From Macrostomum lignano (Eukaryota): a DNA stretch of 64,000 nt. Location of the stretch: NCBI GenBank assembly GCA_002269645.1, contig NIVC01000283.1:434001-498000 (forward strand), given 5' to 3'. The translations under genes and the position numbers were made by a program. The notes beneath the pieces were generated by a model. The model made no database searches and was not told the DNA's origin. It was given only the letters and a program-made list of their open reading frames with translations. Of this stretch, positions 12,001 to 23,298 are shown piece by piece. Each line of letters opens with the position of its first letter. Within the stretch, counting starts at the first letter, position 1.

Positions 12001-15000
12001 AGACTGATGATGTCATCACAATGAATGCTGAAACCGAGTCGCTGCATTCCATTGCAATTAAGTAGGACTTTTTTCGCCCATTTTTCGTATGATCAGCGCT
12101 GCTGACCGTGCTCGGCAGGAACGGCTACTGTGCAGCACATAACTTTTCTTTTTTAGCGTAGACTCCAAAAATTACCAGCAGTAAAGGCTGTTGGTTCAGG
12201 GTCAGCTCTGCTGACTATCCGGCAGCTTAAAGTCAAACACCAAGGTCAGATCATGGAGGAAATAATATATATATATAAATAAGTATAAATAAGTATAAAT
12301 AAGATATACTCGTAGAATCTAGCGCATGACTGCAGGCCAGAGGGAGGAGATTAGATATGTAAGATGAAAAGAATGAGAAGAGAGAGGAGGGAAAGAAGAG
12401 AAAAGAGAATGAGAATACGAGAGAGGAGATGATAATGGAGAGGAAAGAGGCGAAAAGAGAAAGGGGAACAGAAGAGAAGATAGGAGGTGGTAGTGGAGAG
12501 GAGTTTAAAGAGGAGAGCTGAGAATAGACACAAACCTTAAGCGGGGCGGACTGCTTATTGTGAAGTTTAAAAGCACATAAAGATAGAGAGCCTGAGTTCG
12601 AACCGGGGGCCTGAGTTCGAACCCCCGGTCGGTCTATGGCATCATGCGTTGATCTAATCAAACTAGGTTTTATCCAACATTTCAGCTGGCATTCCGGAAA
12701 CTTTTGAGACACCCATCGTACATGCACGTGTGCTTTCTAGGCAAATTTATTGGCACAAAATTGATACTTTTGCGACCCCCCCCTATAATTTTCAGCCTCT
12801 GTTTATTGGCAGCCCGCTACGAGACGAAGGTTATTACATTGTGCATCATTTCAGCCAGTCAAGGCACCTCTATCCGTTTGTGTATTGCGGTTTTGCAATG
12901 AGTAACGGGCTAATTACCAGGTGATAATAATTATCACTTTATTAATAAACGGTGATTGTAATAAAGCAGTAAATTTATAATTGTATTTTTCTATTTTCAG
13001 TCTAGTGGAACATTTCCAAGTCAACAAGGCCAAGCTGGGGGAGTATGAGTTTAGAATTGACCCAGCTTATGAGGTTCGTTAATGACTAACTTGTGTGAGT
13101 TTTCTATCTTATATTGTTTTCTATTTATAGACTGTTTTTTTCTCATTTTCTGTTGCAGCTCGCCTCACTGATCAGCATTGAGCTGCATCTGGCCAATTTG
13201 ACCGCATTAAGCGCTATGTGTCCTAGAAGTGTCAATCTCACTGATAGCTGCATCACTTGGACTACTGAGATGTTCCGGCTGCCTCAGTGTGTTAGTGTCT
13301 GTAACTGCTGTTTGGGTGGCCAGCCTTCCAGAGCCTCAGTTGCTGGGCCACCAGCCTCCCAGATCCTCATTTGCTGGGCCACCAGCCTCCCAGAGCCTCA
13401 GTTGCTGGGCCATCAGCCTCCCAGATCCTCATTTGCTGGGCCACCAGCCTCCCAGAGCCTCAGTTGCTGGGCCATCAGCCTCCCAGATCCTCATTTGCTG
13501 GGCCATCAGCCTCCCAGAGCCTCAGTTGCTGGGCCACCAGCCTCCCAGAGCCTCAGTTGCTGGGCCATCAGCCTCCCAGAGCCTCAGTTGCTGGGCCAGC
13601 CTTCCAGATCCTCAGTTGCTGGGCCATCCTCTCACATCCTCAGTTGCTGGGCCAGCCTCTCAGATCCTCAGTTGCTGGGCCAGCAGCCTCCCAGATCCTC
13701 ATTCCTCACCGCTACATTCCCTGCTAGAAGATACCAATGTTGTAAGTGTCTCAGCTGCACCGCTCTGTCCCCAACACCTGTGCTCCCTCCTCCCAGTTCC
13801 CGAACAGCTCCGCGGTGTCGGCCGTGCTCAACCGCACACTATTCGCCGTGAAGACTCACCAGGCGAATTTCGCCACCGTTCTGTCTGTGGTCCGCGACAC
13901 CTGGGCCAAAGAGGCGCCCAACATAATCTACTACGCTGATGTTGAAGATCGGGAGATTCCCACTGTAGCCTGCGGAGTCCCCAACACTGAGCGAGGCCAT
14001 TGCGACAAGCTCAATAGGATTCTGCATCTGTTGGCGGAAAGCAATAATGTGTCTGCGCAGGCGACAAATAATGCTGACGGCAGTGATAAATCCAAGTTAG
14101 TGGTCTTTTTGAATAAAGGCTGAAATAGTTATATTAGTCCCTAGCTCGCTAAATCCCATTCTCAGCTGCCAAAAAATTCACTTTGCATAAGTTTTTCTTC
14201 CTTTCACGAAAATTTCATTCCCCAAAACTGAAAATTCCAATTCGAAACTCCAATTCGAAACTCCAAAATCCCTATTTCCGATATCCTTTTTCCCGAAATT
14301 CTCTTCCCCGACATCCTCTTCCCCGACATCCCCTTCACCGACATCCCCTTCCCTGACATCCCCTTCACCGACATCCCCCATCCCCGAAATCCCCTTCCCC
14401 GACATCCCCTTCACCCACACCCCCATCCCCGAATCCCATTCCCCCAGCATCCCTAGAATCCCATCCCCATCCCCCAGCATCCCTAGAATCCCATCCCCAT
14501 CCCCCAGCATCCCTAGAATCCCATCCCCATCCCCCAGCATCCCTAGAATCCCATCCCCATCCCCCAGCATCCCTAGAATCCCATCCCCATCCCCCAGCAT
14601 CCCTAGAATCCCATCCCCATCCCCCATCCCCTTTACCGACATTCCCTTCCCTGAAACCCCAATCTCGAAATCCCCTTCACCGACATCCCCATCCCCGAGA
14701 TCCCCATCCCCTAAATCCCCATCCCCGAAATCCACATCCCCGAAATCCACATCCCCGAAATCCCCATTCCCGAAATCCCCATCCTCGAAATCCACATCCC
14801 CGAAATCCCCATCCCGGACATTCCCATCCCCGAGATCCCCATCCCCAACATCCCCTTCACCGACATCGCTATCCCTGAAATCACCATCCCCGACAACCCC
14901 ATCCTCGATATCTTCTTCCCCGATATGCCCATTTCTCGGCATTTCCTTTTTTAAAATGCGTTCCCGAAATTCCATTTCGAAAACGTAAATGGCCAATAGC

Positions 15001-15569
15001 AAACTACAAAAACAAATTGCAGCAGCAGCAGCAGCGCACTATTCGACTGGTTCGTCATCTGCGACGATGACACTCTGCTGTCGCCCAGTCGATTAGCCCG
15101 CCTGTTAGCCTGTCACAGCCTGTCGCAGCCAGCGGACAGCCCGTTGGTTGTCGGGGAGAAGTACGGCTACTTAAGCGCCGACGGGTGGCACGGCTACCCC
15201 TACCCGACTGGGGGCAGCGGCTTCGCTTTGAACCGGGCGGCGCTGCGTCGATTGACAGTCGAGGCAAACGGGGCCGGCGGTATTGTTGTTACTCGCTGCG
15301 GCTCGGCCGAATCGCCTGACGACATGAGCCTAGGCGTCTGGCTTCGAAGCCTGTCAGTGCCCATAGTGCACTCGCACCTGTTGCATCAGGCTAAGCCAGT
15401 TGAATACTCGCCAGTGTTGCTCAGGGCGCAGTTGCCGATATCGTTTCATAAGCATTTGGATTTGGATCCTAGGCAGGCGTATCGCGATTGGCTGCTTGAT
15501 GCTGGCACCGATGCTGCTAGTAAACTGGATGTCGGGTCTGCTGATGATCACAAGCGCGATGAGCTGTAA
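9049..15569 (+). CDS. B3GLCT: beta-1,3-glucosyltransferase (GT31/Fringe-like), ~542 aa; exons 9049-9139, 10200-10369, 10612-10694, 10774-10882, 12796-12920, 13001-13073, 13159-13290, 13797-14095, 15023-15569
   Basis: All eight GT-AG junctions are phase-consistent (1629 nt including stop). Signal-peptide-like N-terminus, then motifs VLMCQSQAASFH, FFCHEETR, IVHHF, FRIDPAYE, FAVKTH, GVPNTERGHC, WFVICDDDTLLS, GEKYGY, GGSG, PDDMSLG and ISFHKH, and a C-terminal RDEL ER-retention signal. Confidence 0.92.
9153..10144. repeat. 32/29/26-bp G-rich minisatellite filling B3GLCT intron 1
   Basis: Tandem ccagtcactgaggtgggtgctggt(gctggtgg|gggga). Confidence 0.95.
11105..12718. mobile_element. non-autonomous mariner-like element in B3GLCT intron 4
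   Basis: TA|cgaggggtgtcttaaaattatctggact at the left and attccggaaacttttgagacacccatcg|TA at the right (imperfect TIR), with shared subterminal ggtctaatcaaac-type motifs. No transposase. Confidence 0.75.
11284..11947. repeat. 8 x 83-bp near-identical tandem repeat inside the mariner-like element
   Basis: Unit gcgccggagctagaaatacaaaagctccg...ctagaatcttatt starts at 11284 + 83n. Confidence 0.97.
13317..13702. repeat. 31-bp minisatellite in B3GLCT intron 7
   Basis: Tandem ccaga(g/t)cctca(g/t)ttgctgggcca(c/t)cagcctc. Confidence 0.93.
14285..14935. repeat. C-rich 15/30-bp repeats in B3GLCT intron 8
   Basis: About 6 copies of 30-bp cccatccccatcccccagcatccctagaat (14432-14625), flanked by degenerate 15-bp ccccatccccgaaat units. 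Confidence 0.9.
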
Positions 15570-15651
15570 AATTTACCGCAGTGGAAAACGTTACTGGTGG
15601 CTAGAATCGTTAGTCATTGCTTCAAGTTAAAGTCGTGAAAAAGTCACCCAA

Positions 15652-16978
15652 GAGTGGTATTATCGCTCAACTTTTTCACTTTTCAGTTTTGAACAACCTG
15701 CAACCAATTTTATTTTTCTGGCATCCGATTCCGACACTTTTTGATTTTGACAGCTTTAATTTTCAATTTTCAGGGATAAGGTGCAGGGTTGAGGCATACA
15801 TATAATGTGCAGGGTTGAGGCATACAGATAATGTGCAGGGTTGAGGCATACAGATAGGGTGCAGGGTTGAGGCATACAGATAAGGTGCAGGGTTGAGGCA
15901 TACAGATAGGGTGCAGGGTTGAGGCATACAGATAGGGTGCAGGGTTGAGGCATACAGATAATGTGCAGGGTTGAGGCATACAGATAATGTGCAGGGTTGA
16001 GGCATACAGATAGGGTGCAGGGTTGAGGCATACAGATAATGTGCAGGGTTGAGGCATACAGATAATGTGCAGGGTTGAGGCATACAGATAAGGTGCAGGG
16101 TTGAGGCATACAGATAATGTGCAGGGTTGAGGCATACAGATAATGTGCAGGGTTGAGGCATACAGATAGGGTGCAGGGTTGAGGCATACAGATAATGTGC
16201 AGGGTTGAGGCATACAGATAGGGTGCAGGGTTGAGGCATACAGATAGGGTGCAGGGTTGAGGCATACAGATAAGGTGCAGGATTGGGATGTAGTGATAAG
16301 GTGCATGGTTTATGATGTAGGGATAGGGTATAGGGTATAGGGTAGGAATGTAAGGATAAGCTTAAGGTCACTGTTTAGTCAGATGAAGGCTCAGTATGTT
16401 TGCAGGATCAAGATTAAATTCTATACTAAGACAAGAGTAAAGAACTAAAGCTTGTACTATAGGGTTAAGATGAAGGGTCATTGAAAATATTATAAGCACT
16501 TACCACTAGCAAGAAATTCATTTTCATTTTCAAACTCGATAGCGTTGACTGAACCAGTATGTTGACTTAGTGATTTGAAATTCTAAGAATCATCGACAAA
16601 CCAGTATCGACAAACTGCGATACGGATTCGACAGTTGGCATACATTTCCAACAAACAGTCTTTAACAATGGCCAACCAATTCCGTCAATTGGGGTAGAAA
16701 GAGCCTGCGCATTATCGTTTTTTTCTGGTTGAAATTTCCAGGCCAGAAAAAAAAACGATAATACGCAGGCTCTTTCTACCCCAATTGACGGAATTGGTTG
16801 GCCATTGTTAAAGACTGTTTGTTGGAAATGTATGCCAACTGTCGAATCTGTGTCGCAGTTTGTCGATACTGGTTGAAAATCGAACCTGTCACAACCAAAA
16901 AGTGTCGGAATCGGATGCCAGAAAATTAAAATTGGTTGCAGGTTGTTCAAAACTGAAAGTGAAAAGGTGTACCAACTC
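15652..16978. mobile_element. foldback/palindromic MITE whose left arm is interrupted by an ~830-bp insertion
   Basis: 15672-15770 is the inverted match of 16874-16968, and 16600-16728 is the inverted match of 16742-16873. The right arm is continuous; the left arm is split at ~15770/16600. Confidence 0.8.
15778..16280. repeat. 26-bp minisatellite
   Basis: Tandem gtgcagggttgaggcatacagata(at/gg/ag). Confidence 0.95.
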
Positions 16979-19027
16979 AAGTAGAATAAATAGAGTTGTT
17001 ATATATTAATGAAAAATATTATTTTATAATTAATATAAATTGATGCAAGAGGCGCTTTAGACTCAACCACAGATACTAGAATAACTAGATAGGCCACTCA
17101 GGACATTTGCGTGTAAGCTACTTAGAAGCGTTTTATTGTATTTTAAAACCAATTATGCCCACTTATTGGCTCTTACCCCCACCCGCGACTTTTCACACTA
17201 CCCCACCACCCTGCCCCAATTTTTATTGCCTTTCTCTGAATTCCAGCCTAAAGGCTGCCATGTACATTTCAGTGCGCTGGCTAATGTACATTATGGCTGA
17301 ACCAATTAGCAAGTTTTAAACGCATGGAAGCTTGGGCTTCTAAACTTGTTAAAGTAATTTCAGCTGCCTTTATTTTTATAAAATAGCTTATGTATACTTC
17401 TTTGCTACTGAACTGAAAGTAGAAAGCTGTTTTACTAAGTATACATGCCTGAGTGGCCTATCTAGTTATTCTAGTGTCTGTGGACTCAACTCAGTGATTC
17501 TACAGCGACTTTGACACGCCTCCGATATGACTCTACGGCCCCAAGGTCGTTTCAGAGCCGCAGACAATAAAACGCTTCAAATTGACTCCCAGGCGACTCT
17601 GACGACTTTTTGGCGACTTTTACCGCGACATCTCGTCAATGTAGAGTCGTCTAGAGTCACTTCTTTGCTATTTTACCTGTGCTGTGTTACCTGCAACGAC
17701 TCTGGGGGGCTTCTTCGTACCGCTTTCTTCGGCTAAATAGTCTTAACGACCTGGTTTTGAAAATATATTGAAATGGTTTTTATGGCTGTGGTTCATTTTA
17801 GTATTTTTTCTGTTCTGTTCTTATTTCTTGTTTAGTCACTCTGTAGCGCATCACAGTCGTTTTGCTAGTCGCATCTGTTCAGTCTCAGATAGCTATTCTG
17901 TGTTCCTTCCATGTCTGTGCAAATAAATGTATTGCCTAGTATTTAGTGGTGGAAGTTTGCCTAAAATTCTGCTGAGAATGACGGCACTTTTATTGTTGAG
18001 GAATTTCGCACCGTGTTCTACGCTCGTACGAGTATTTGGTTCATGCTAATTTTTGCCTTCACTTCACCAGTATTGACAATTCTGCTTGTTGATCTCACGT
18101 GTTTGATATCAAATACTAAAAAAGCAATATATGTTAGAATGAACACCACCGTGTACTGTTACTCTTTGTTTTGTTTACAGTGCCAACTCGAATCTTTAAT
18201 TCCTTGTTATTAATTTCATGTCAAAATTCATTCCCTAAGCATTAAATATAGTTGTTTAGCTGCATGCACACAGCGTTTACTTAGAGCTCTGTCTAAGGTT
18301 TTGTTTATAAGAGATTATTTTAGAAACAGAAAGCCGTGGCCTCCTAGCCCCAATTGACTAGCAAAAAATGTGCCGTCCCCTTGCCAGCAGGTTTAGCGCC
18401 CCACCCTTTCGAGGTTTGACGCCCCACCCTTTCCAATAGGTTTGGCCCCCACCCTTTCCAATATGCTTCTAGTTTCCAGTCCTTTTCTATTCTATGGTAA
18501 ATTGTTAATCGCAGAAGTCCCTGGTTTAACGAACTTAGCCTGCTTCAACGCATTTGCCTCAGTGGAGTCCTTTCGACCAGCGTTTATCACCTGGCCAACC
18601 AGGTGATAACGCTGGTAAAAACATCCTGACCAACCAGGATGTGAAACACAAAAACTTTTTGAACATGCCCATTGCACTCTCAAAGGCAAACATCGAGTAA
18701 CCAAAAACAGGGCCAAGCATACTATACTGTTCGCCCATATGTAGAAGTAAATGAAAGTTAAGGCGAAGAATCTTTAAACCAAAGACTAGCAATCTAGTGC
18801 GGCCCCCTCCGGGAGCAAGGAGCAAAAATAGTTCATGGAAAAAAAATAAAAAAGCACGTTTTCTTAAACACCAATTCCTTCTTCACTTTTAAAAATCACC
18901 TTATTCCTGTGAAATTGTCACGGACAATGATATTTGGTATGACTATCTTTTTCATAAATTAACAAAGAGACAACAAAATATAGCTTTCACAAAGATAACA
19001 GACATCCCCCCTAAATAGAAAATATTC

Positions 19028-19275
19028 CCAAGACAGCAAGCATCCACCCAGATAGCAGACATCCTGCAGATAGCAAGCATCCCCCAGATATAAGCATCCA
19101 CCCAGATAGCAGACATCCTGCAGATAGCAAGCATCCCCCAGATATAAGCATCCACCCAGATAGCAGACATCCTGCAGATAGCAAGCATCCCCCAGATATA
19201 AGCATCCACCCAGATAGAAAGCATCCGGCAGATAGCAAGAATCCCTAAATAGCAAGCATCCCTCGATAGAAAGAA
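19028..19275. repeat. 18-bp-based minisatellite, same family as 63555-63985 in opposite orientation
   Basis: agatagcaagcatccccc units with variants; reverse complement of the gggggatgcttgctatct array at the window end. Confidence 0.85.
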
Positions 19276-19344
19276 TCCCATACATGTAGCCAGTACCCCC
19301 CCCCCTCTTCCAAATAGCAAATACCCCCCTCAAGAGCAATCAGT

Positions 19345-20194
19345 ATCAAGTGCAATAATCCTTGGCTTATTAAGTGAAGTAATCCTTGGCTTATCAAGTG
19401 TAATAATCCTTGGCTTATCAAGTGAAGTAATCCTTGGCTTATCAAGTGCAATAATCCTTGGCTTATCAAGTGTAATAATCCTTGGCTTATCAAGTGTAAT
19501 AATCCTTGGCTTATCAAGTGTAATAATCCTTGGCTTATTAAGTGAAGTAATCCTTGGCTTATCAAGTGTAATAATCCTTGGCTTATCAAGTGAAGTAATC
19601 CTTGGCTTATCAAGTGCAATAATCCTTGGTTTATCAAGTGCAGTAATCCTTGATTTATCAAGTGCAATAATCATTGGTTTATCAAGTGTATTGATCCGAG
19701 GCTTCTCAACTGCAATAATTATTGGCTTACCAAGTGCAGTAATCCTTGGCTTATCAAGTGCAATAATTATTGGTTTATCAAGTGTATTGATCCGAGGCTT
19801 CTCAACTGCAATAATTATTGGCTTACCAAGTGCAGTAATCCTTGGCTTATCAAGTGCAATAATCATTGGTTTATCAAGTGTATTGATCCATGGCTTATCA
19901 AGTGCAATAATCTTTGGTTTATCAAGTGTATTGATCCGAGGCTTCTCAACTGCAATAATTATTGGCTTACCAAGTGCAGTAATCCTTGGCTTATCAAGTG
20001 CAATAATCATTGGTTTATCAAGTGTATTGATCCATGGCTTATCAAGTGCAATAATCTTTGGTTTATCAAGTGTATTGATCCGAGGCTTCTCAACTGCAAT
20101 AATTATTGGCTTACCAAGTGCAGTAATCCTTGGCTTATCAAGTGCAATAATCATTGGTTTATCAAGTGTATTGATCCATGGCTTATCAAGTGCA
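19345..20194. repeat. 24-bp minisatellite with a 144-bp (6-mer) higher-order segment
   Basis: Unit aataatccttggcttatcaagtg(c/t); the translated repeats show 8-aa periodicity and a 48-aa super-period from ~19690 on. Confidence 0.92.
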
Positions 20195-21572
20195 CCAAAG
20201 TAGGAAAGCACAGATAAAGTGTAAAAATTTTTAATGCTTTGCCTTCCAGTCGGAGAGAGTTCTAATTTTTAACTGAATACTAATGCTCGATGGTATTATC
20301 AAATCGCGAATACAAGAAGACAAAAGTCCGAACAACTAGAAGAACAGAAATGTGGCTCGTGCCGGTTTGAAGGAGAGAAAATCTCTTAGAGCAGAAACTT
20401 AATTTGGCCTTCGAATAAACAGTGAAGATTATCAATTGGGTTACACTGTAAATCATAAAGGTCCGCAAGAGGTCCGTAATGAAAGGTCCGCGGCGTCGAT
20501 ATATACGGACCTTTTGTAGTTTCTGGACCTTAAACGGCCGAAATAAGCTGATAGCATCCACGCGTGTAGCCCGTCGACGCAGCTTCGCCATTACCTCGAT
20601 GGTCTCCAAGTATGGCTCCAGGAGTGAGGTGTGCTCCAGATTAAAGGCAATGAAGACTAACACGAAGACCAGCACACAGTCGCGGAAATTATCGAAAACG
20701 AGATTTGCTCCGTTGACGTGCACTCCGCACCACTTGCCAGATGTAGTGCCTTCTCTGATAATATGGACCGGAAGCTCTGCCCTGAAGATGGTCTCGGGGT
20801 CCAGCCTTAGGCGGCCAAGAAGCAAAAGCATTGCCGCCTGAAGTTGGCCTTCTTCAGAGTCCACAGCCGACAGGTGGTTCTTGCACAATTTGAAGTTCTT
20901 AAAACTAGGACGCTTGTCATAAATCAGAGCTTCAGAGCTTCGAAGAATGCCCTCTGATCGCATTGGCTCCAAAGATATGGAATTGAAGGCTTCTAGAACC
21001 GCAGGATCCTGGGCTTGACTAAAATAATGAAATAGCTCTTTTTGCCACAAAAACTTCAATACTAGCTGGGAGCCAAACGATGAAGTTCCACACAAAAATT
21101 TCTTAAACATTCCAATTGCGCTTTCAAAAGCAAACATGGAATAAAAAGACACAGGACCAAGCAATTCATACTGATCAGCAATGTGCAAAAGCAAGTGAAA
21201 GTTTAGACGCAAAATTCTCGGACCGAAGACTTTCTGAGCATTGCCAACAAACGACTCAGCCAATTTTTCAATGTCGGACTTATTCGACCGTGGGTTATAT
21301 AGCATGTGATAAAGAAGCACCAAATTAGTAAGTAGCAGCTTCAGAGGCAAATGCGTTACTCGCTGCACTAAGGTAAGAAAAAGAAAATACAAAGCAAAAC
21401 TTTTAAAATGCTTGGCCTTCCAATCCGAAAAACTTCCAAAATTGGAATTAACGAAAGCACTGGATGGGATGACAGAATTGCGTATACAAGCTGCGACAAA
21501 TGCCAGACAACTTGTTGAGCAAAAATATTGCTCATGTCTATTCGCCGAGGATGTCAATTCTTCTAAAAGGTA

Positions 21573-23298
21573 CTCAGGGTGCTGCAAAAGTTTCCGGACT
21601 GGTCTTCTTGACACAGAATTTTTTTTCGGAGCTGAGTGACATTTGACCCATTGAAACATTAGCATGTCCATGAACCACAGTGGGCGCTAGAGCCATAATA
21701 AGTTTTATTTTCTCAACTAGCATTTACAATTTCTCACCAAACTAGCGACGAAAATGAAAAGATGAAAAAATCCTCCTCATGCAGAGGAGACTAGCAAAAG
21801 TTTCCGGAGTTTGCCACGGGATATTAATAAACTAGGATCCCTAATTTATTTATTTTATGGATGAACCTCTAACTGAACAAACTGAACAGCAACTACAGAA
21901 TCAGCAAAACAAACAAAACAAACAACTGTGGCATCAGTGTCTCGAGCAAAATCAATTGCTTCTGCACCATCAATCGCTCTCGCTCTCGCTGTTCTCTTCT
22001 GAGGAATCAACCGGCTTGGGACTTGCGCGCTCCACATATTCTCCATCCAAGGCTATGCACTTCCGATATCGTTCGATCAGCTTGTCGAAGCCTCTCTCCC
22101 AGAACTTGGCATCGAACTGTTGCAACGATGCATTGGTGGCATCGATGACTTCCTGCCGAGTCGTGAAGACCTTGCCGCGAATTGGCATCTTCATCAGACT
22201 AAACAGGTGGAAATCGGCAATGGCGAGGTCGGGACTGTAAGCCGGGTGGTTCAGCCGACGGAAGCCAAGCTCTTCCACCTTGGCACAAGTGCGAGCGGAA
22301 GCATGCGGACGCGCATTGTCCCAGAGAATAAAATGCCTCTGACGCATGATGCGACGCTTGGACAGAACGGCAGTGCGCAGAAGATTAAGCTGGTTCATGA
22401 TGTAGTCGGCGTTGATCGTCTGACCCTGCGGCAGATAGTCAACAAACAGCACACCTCGTGCATTGAACCACACAGTGCACATGATGTTCTGCGTCCACGC
22501 CGATTTCATTGCCTTCGTGTGCGGATGACGTCCCTTGGGGCCCCATTGCATCGACTGCTGTTTTGTCAGCGGGTTGAACATGGGCAGCGGTGTCTCATCC
22601 ATCGTGATGACCAGTTCCTTGAACTTATCGTCACCGAGTTCGTTCCACACTGCCCAGTTCTCCGTAGCACATTGCACGCGCGCTTGCTTATGCTCGGCCG
22701 TCAGTTCGCGCGGCACCCACTTGGCACAAATCTTCGACCAGTTGATGCGCTGCAGAATGCGACACACGGATGAGTTGTGGATGCCCCACCCACTCTCCAC
22801 TTCTCGCAAGCGCGCTGATGGATTCGCTGACACATATTCCAGCACTGCAGCAGTATTTTCATCGTCTGTGCTGGAGCGCGGACGGCCAGAACGTGGGGCA
22901 TCGCCGGCGGCTGTGACACCCTCAGCAGCAAGGCGGTGATGGGCAAACACCTGCGTCCGACCCAACGCCTGAGCCCCAAATGCAGCACGCAAATCTTCGA
23001 AGGTCTGAGTCGCAGTCTTGCCAAGGCGCTGGCACGCAATGATGAAGTGATGCTGGCTCTCCTTTGACCCGAATTCAGAGTGATCTTTTGGCCGATTCAT
23101 ATTCTCGAGAAATCGTGCGCGCTGACAAAAAATGCCACATTAATTTGGCTGTTCTGCACGATGTGCTTGTCTCAGCCATGTCAAATTTGAGCACTAAGCT
23201 CATAAGCGCCCAATTGGTCTATGGGTCAAATGTCACTCAGCTCCGAAAAAAGTTCCGTGTCAAGAAGACCAGTCCGGAAACTTTTGCAGCACCCTGAG
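21573..23298 (-). mobile_element. Tc1/mariner element 2 (1726 bp), ~115-bp TIRs, inserted at the TA of a Tyr codon in the CACTA transposase
   Basis: TA|ctcagggtgctgcaaaagtttccggactgg at 21571 and the exact inverse ending cagcaccctgag|TA at 23300. Confidence 0.88.
21970..23100 (-). CDS. intact mariner DD34D transposase, 376 aa
   Basis: Uninterrupted ORF with PRSGRP, KWVPRELT, TMDET and WDNARPH...YSPDLAIADF (34-aa spacing). Confidence 0.95.
   Translation of the reverse strand: MNRPKDHSEFGSKESQHHFIIACQRLGKTATQTFEDLRAAFGAQALGRTQVFAHHRLAAEGVTAAGDAPRSGRPRSSTDDENTAAVLEYVSANPSARLREVESGWGIHNSSVCRILQRINWSKICAKWVPRELTAEHKQARVQCATENWAVWNELGDDKFKELVITMDETPLPMFNPLTKQQSMQWGPKGRHPHTKAMKSAWTQNIMCTVWFNARGVLFVDYLPQGQTINADYIMNQLNLLRTAVLSKRRIMRQRHFILWDNARPHASARTCAKVEELGFRRLNHPAYSPDLAIADFHLFSLMKMPIRGKVFTTRQEVIDATNASLQQFDAKFWERGFDKLIERYRKCIALDGEYVERASPKPVDSSEENSESESD

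Larger units (their letters stand above)
18490..20443 (-). pseudogene. 3' part of the outer CACTA/EnSpm transposase (family A, outer copy), interrupted by minisatellites
   Basis: 20443-20210 reads NPIDNLHCLFEGQIKFLL*EIFSPSNRHEPHFC...SDWKAKH. 18490-18790 reads ILRLNFHLLLHMGEQYSMLGPVFGYSMFAFESAMGMFKKFLC. Both are colinear with the inner copy. Confidence 0.85.

Noticed and set aside
13728-13741. micro-exon suggested by tag|aagataccaatgtt|gtaagt in B3GLCT intron 7
   Set aside because: 14 or 11 nt would break the frame, and exons 7 and 8 already join in phase 0.
17900-18213. plus-strand EnSpm transposase C-terminal fragment
   Set aside because: Similarity too weak to support by eye.
13114-20211. 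repetitive ORFs at 13114-13939, 14178-15002, 15756-16371, 18952-19339 and 19245-20211
   Set aside because: Translation of minisatellites; only the short true B3GLCT exons inside some of them are coding.
20280-21671. 463-aa ORF as a single gene
   Set aside because: It is a chimera. The first ~33 codons are mariner TIR, the middle is CACTA transposase plus an ORF2-like tail, and the end runs through the CACTG terminus into the outer element.
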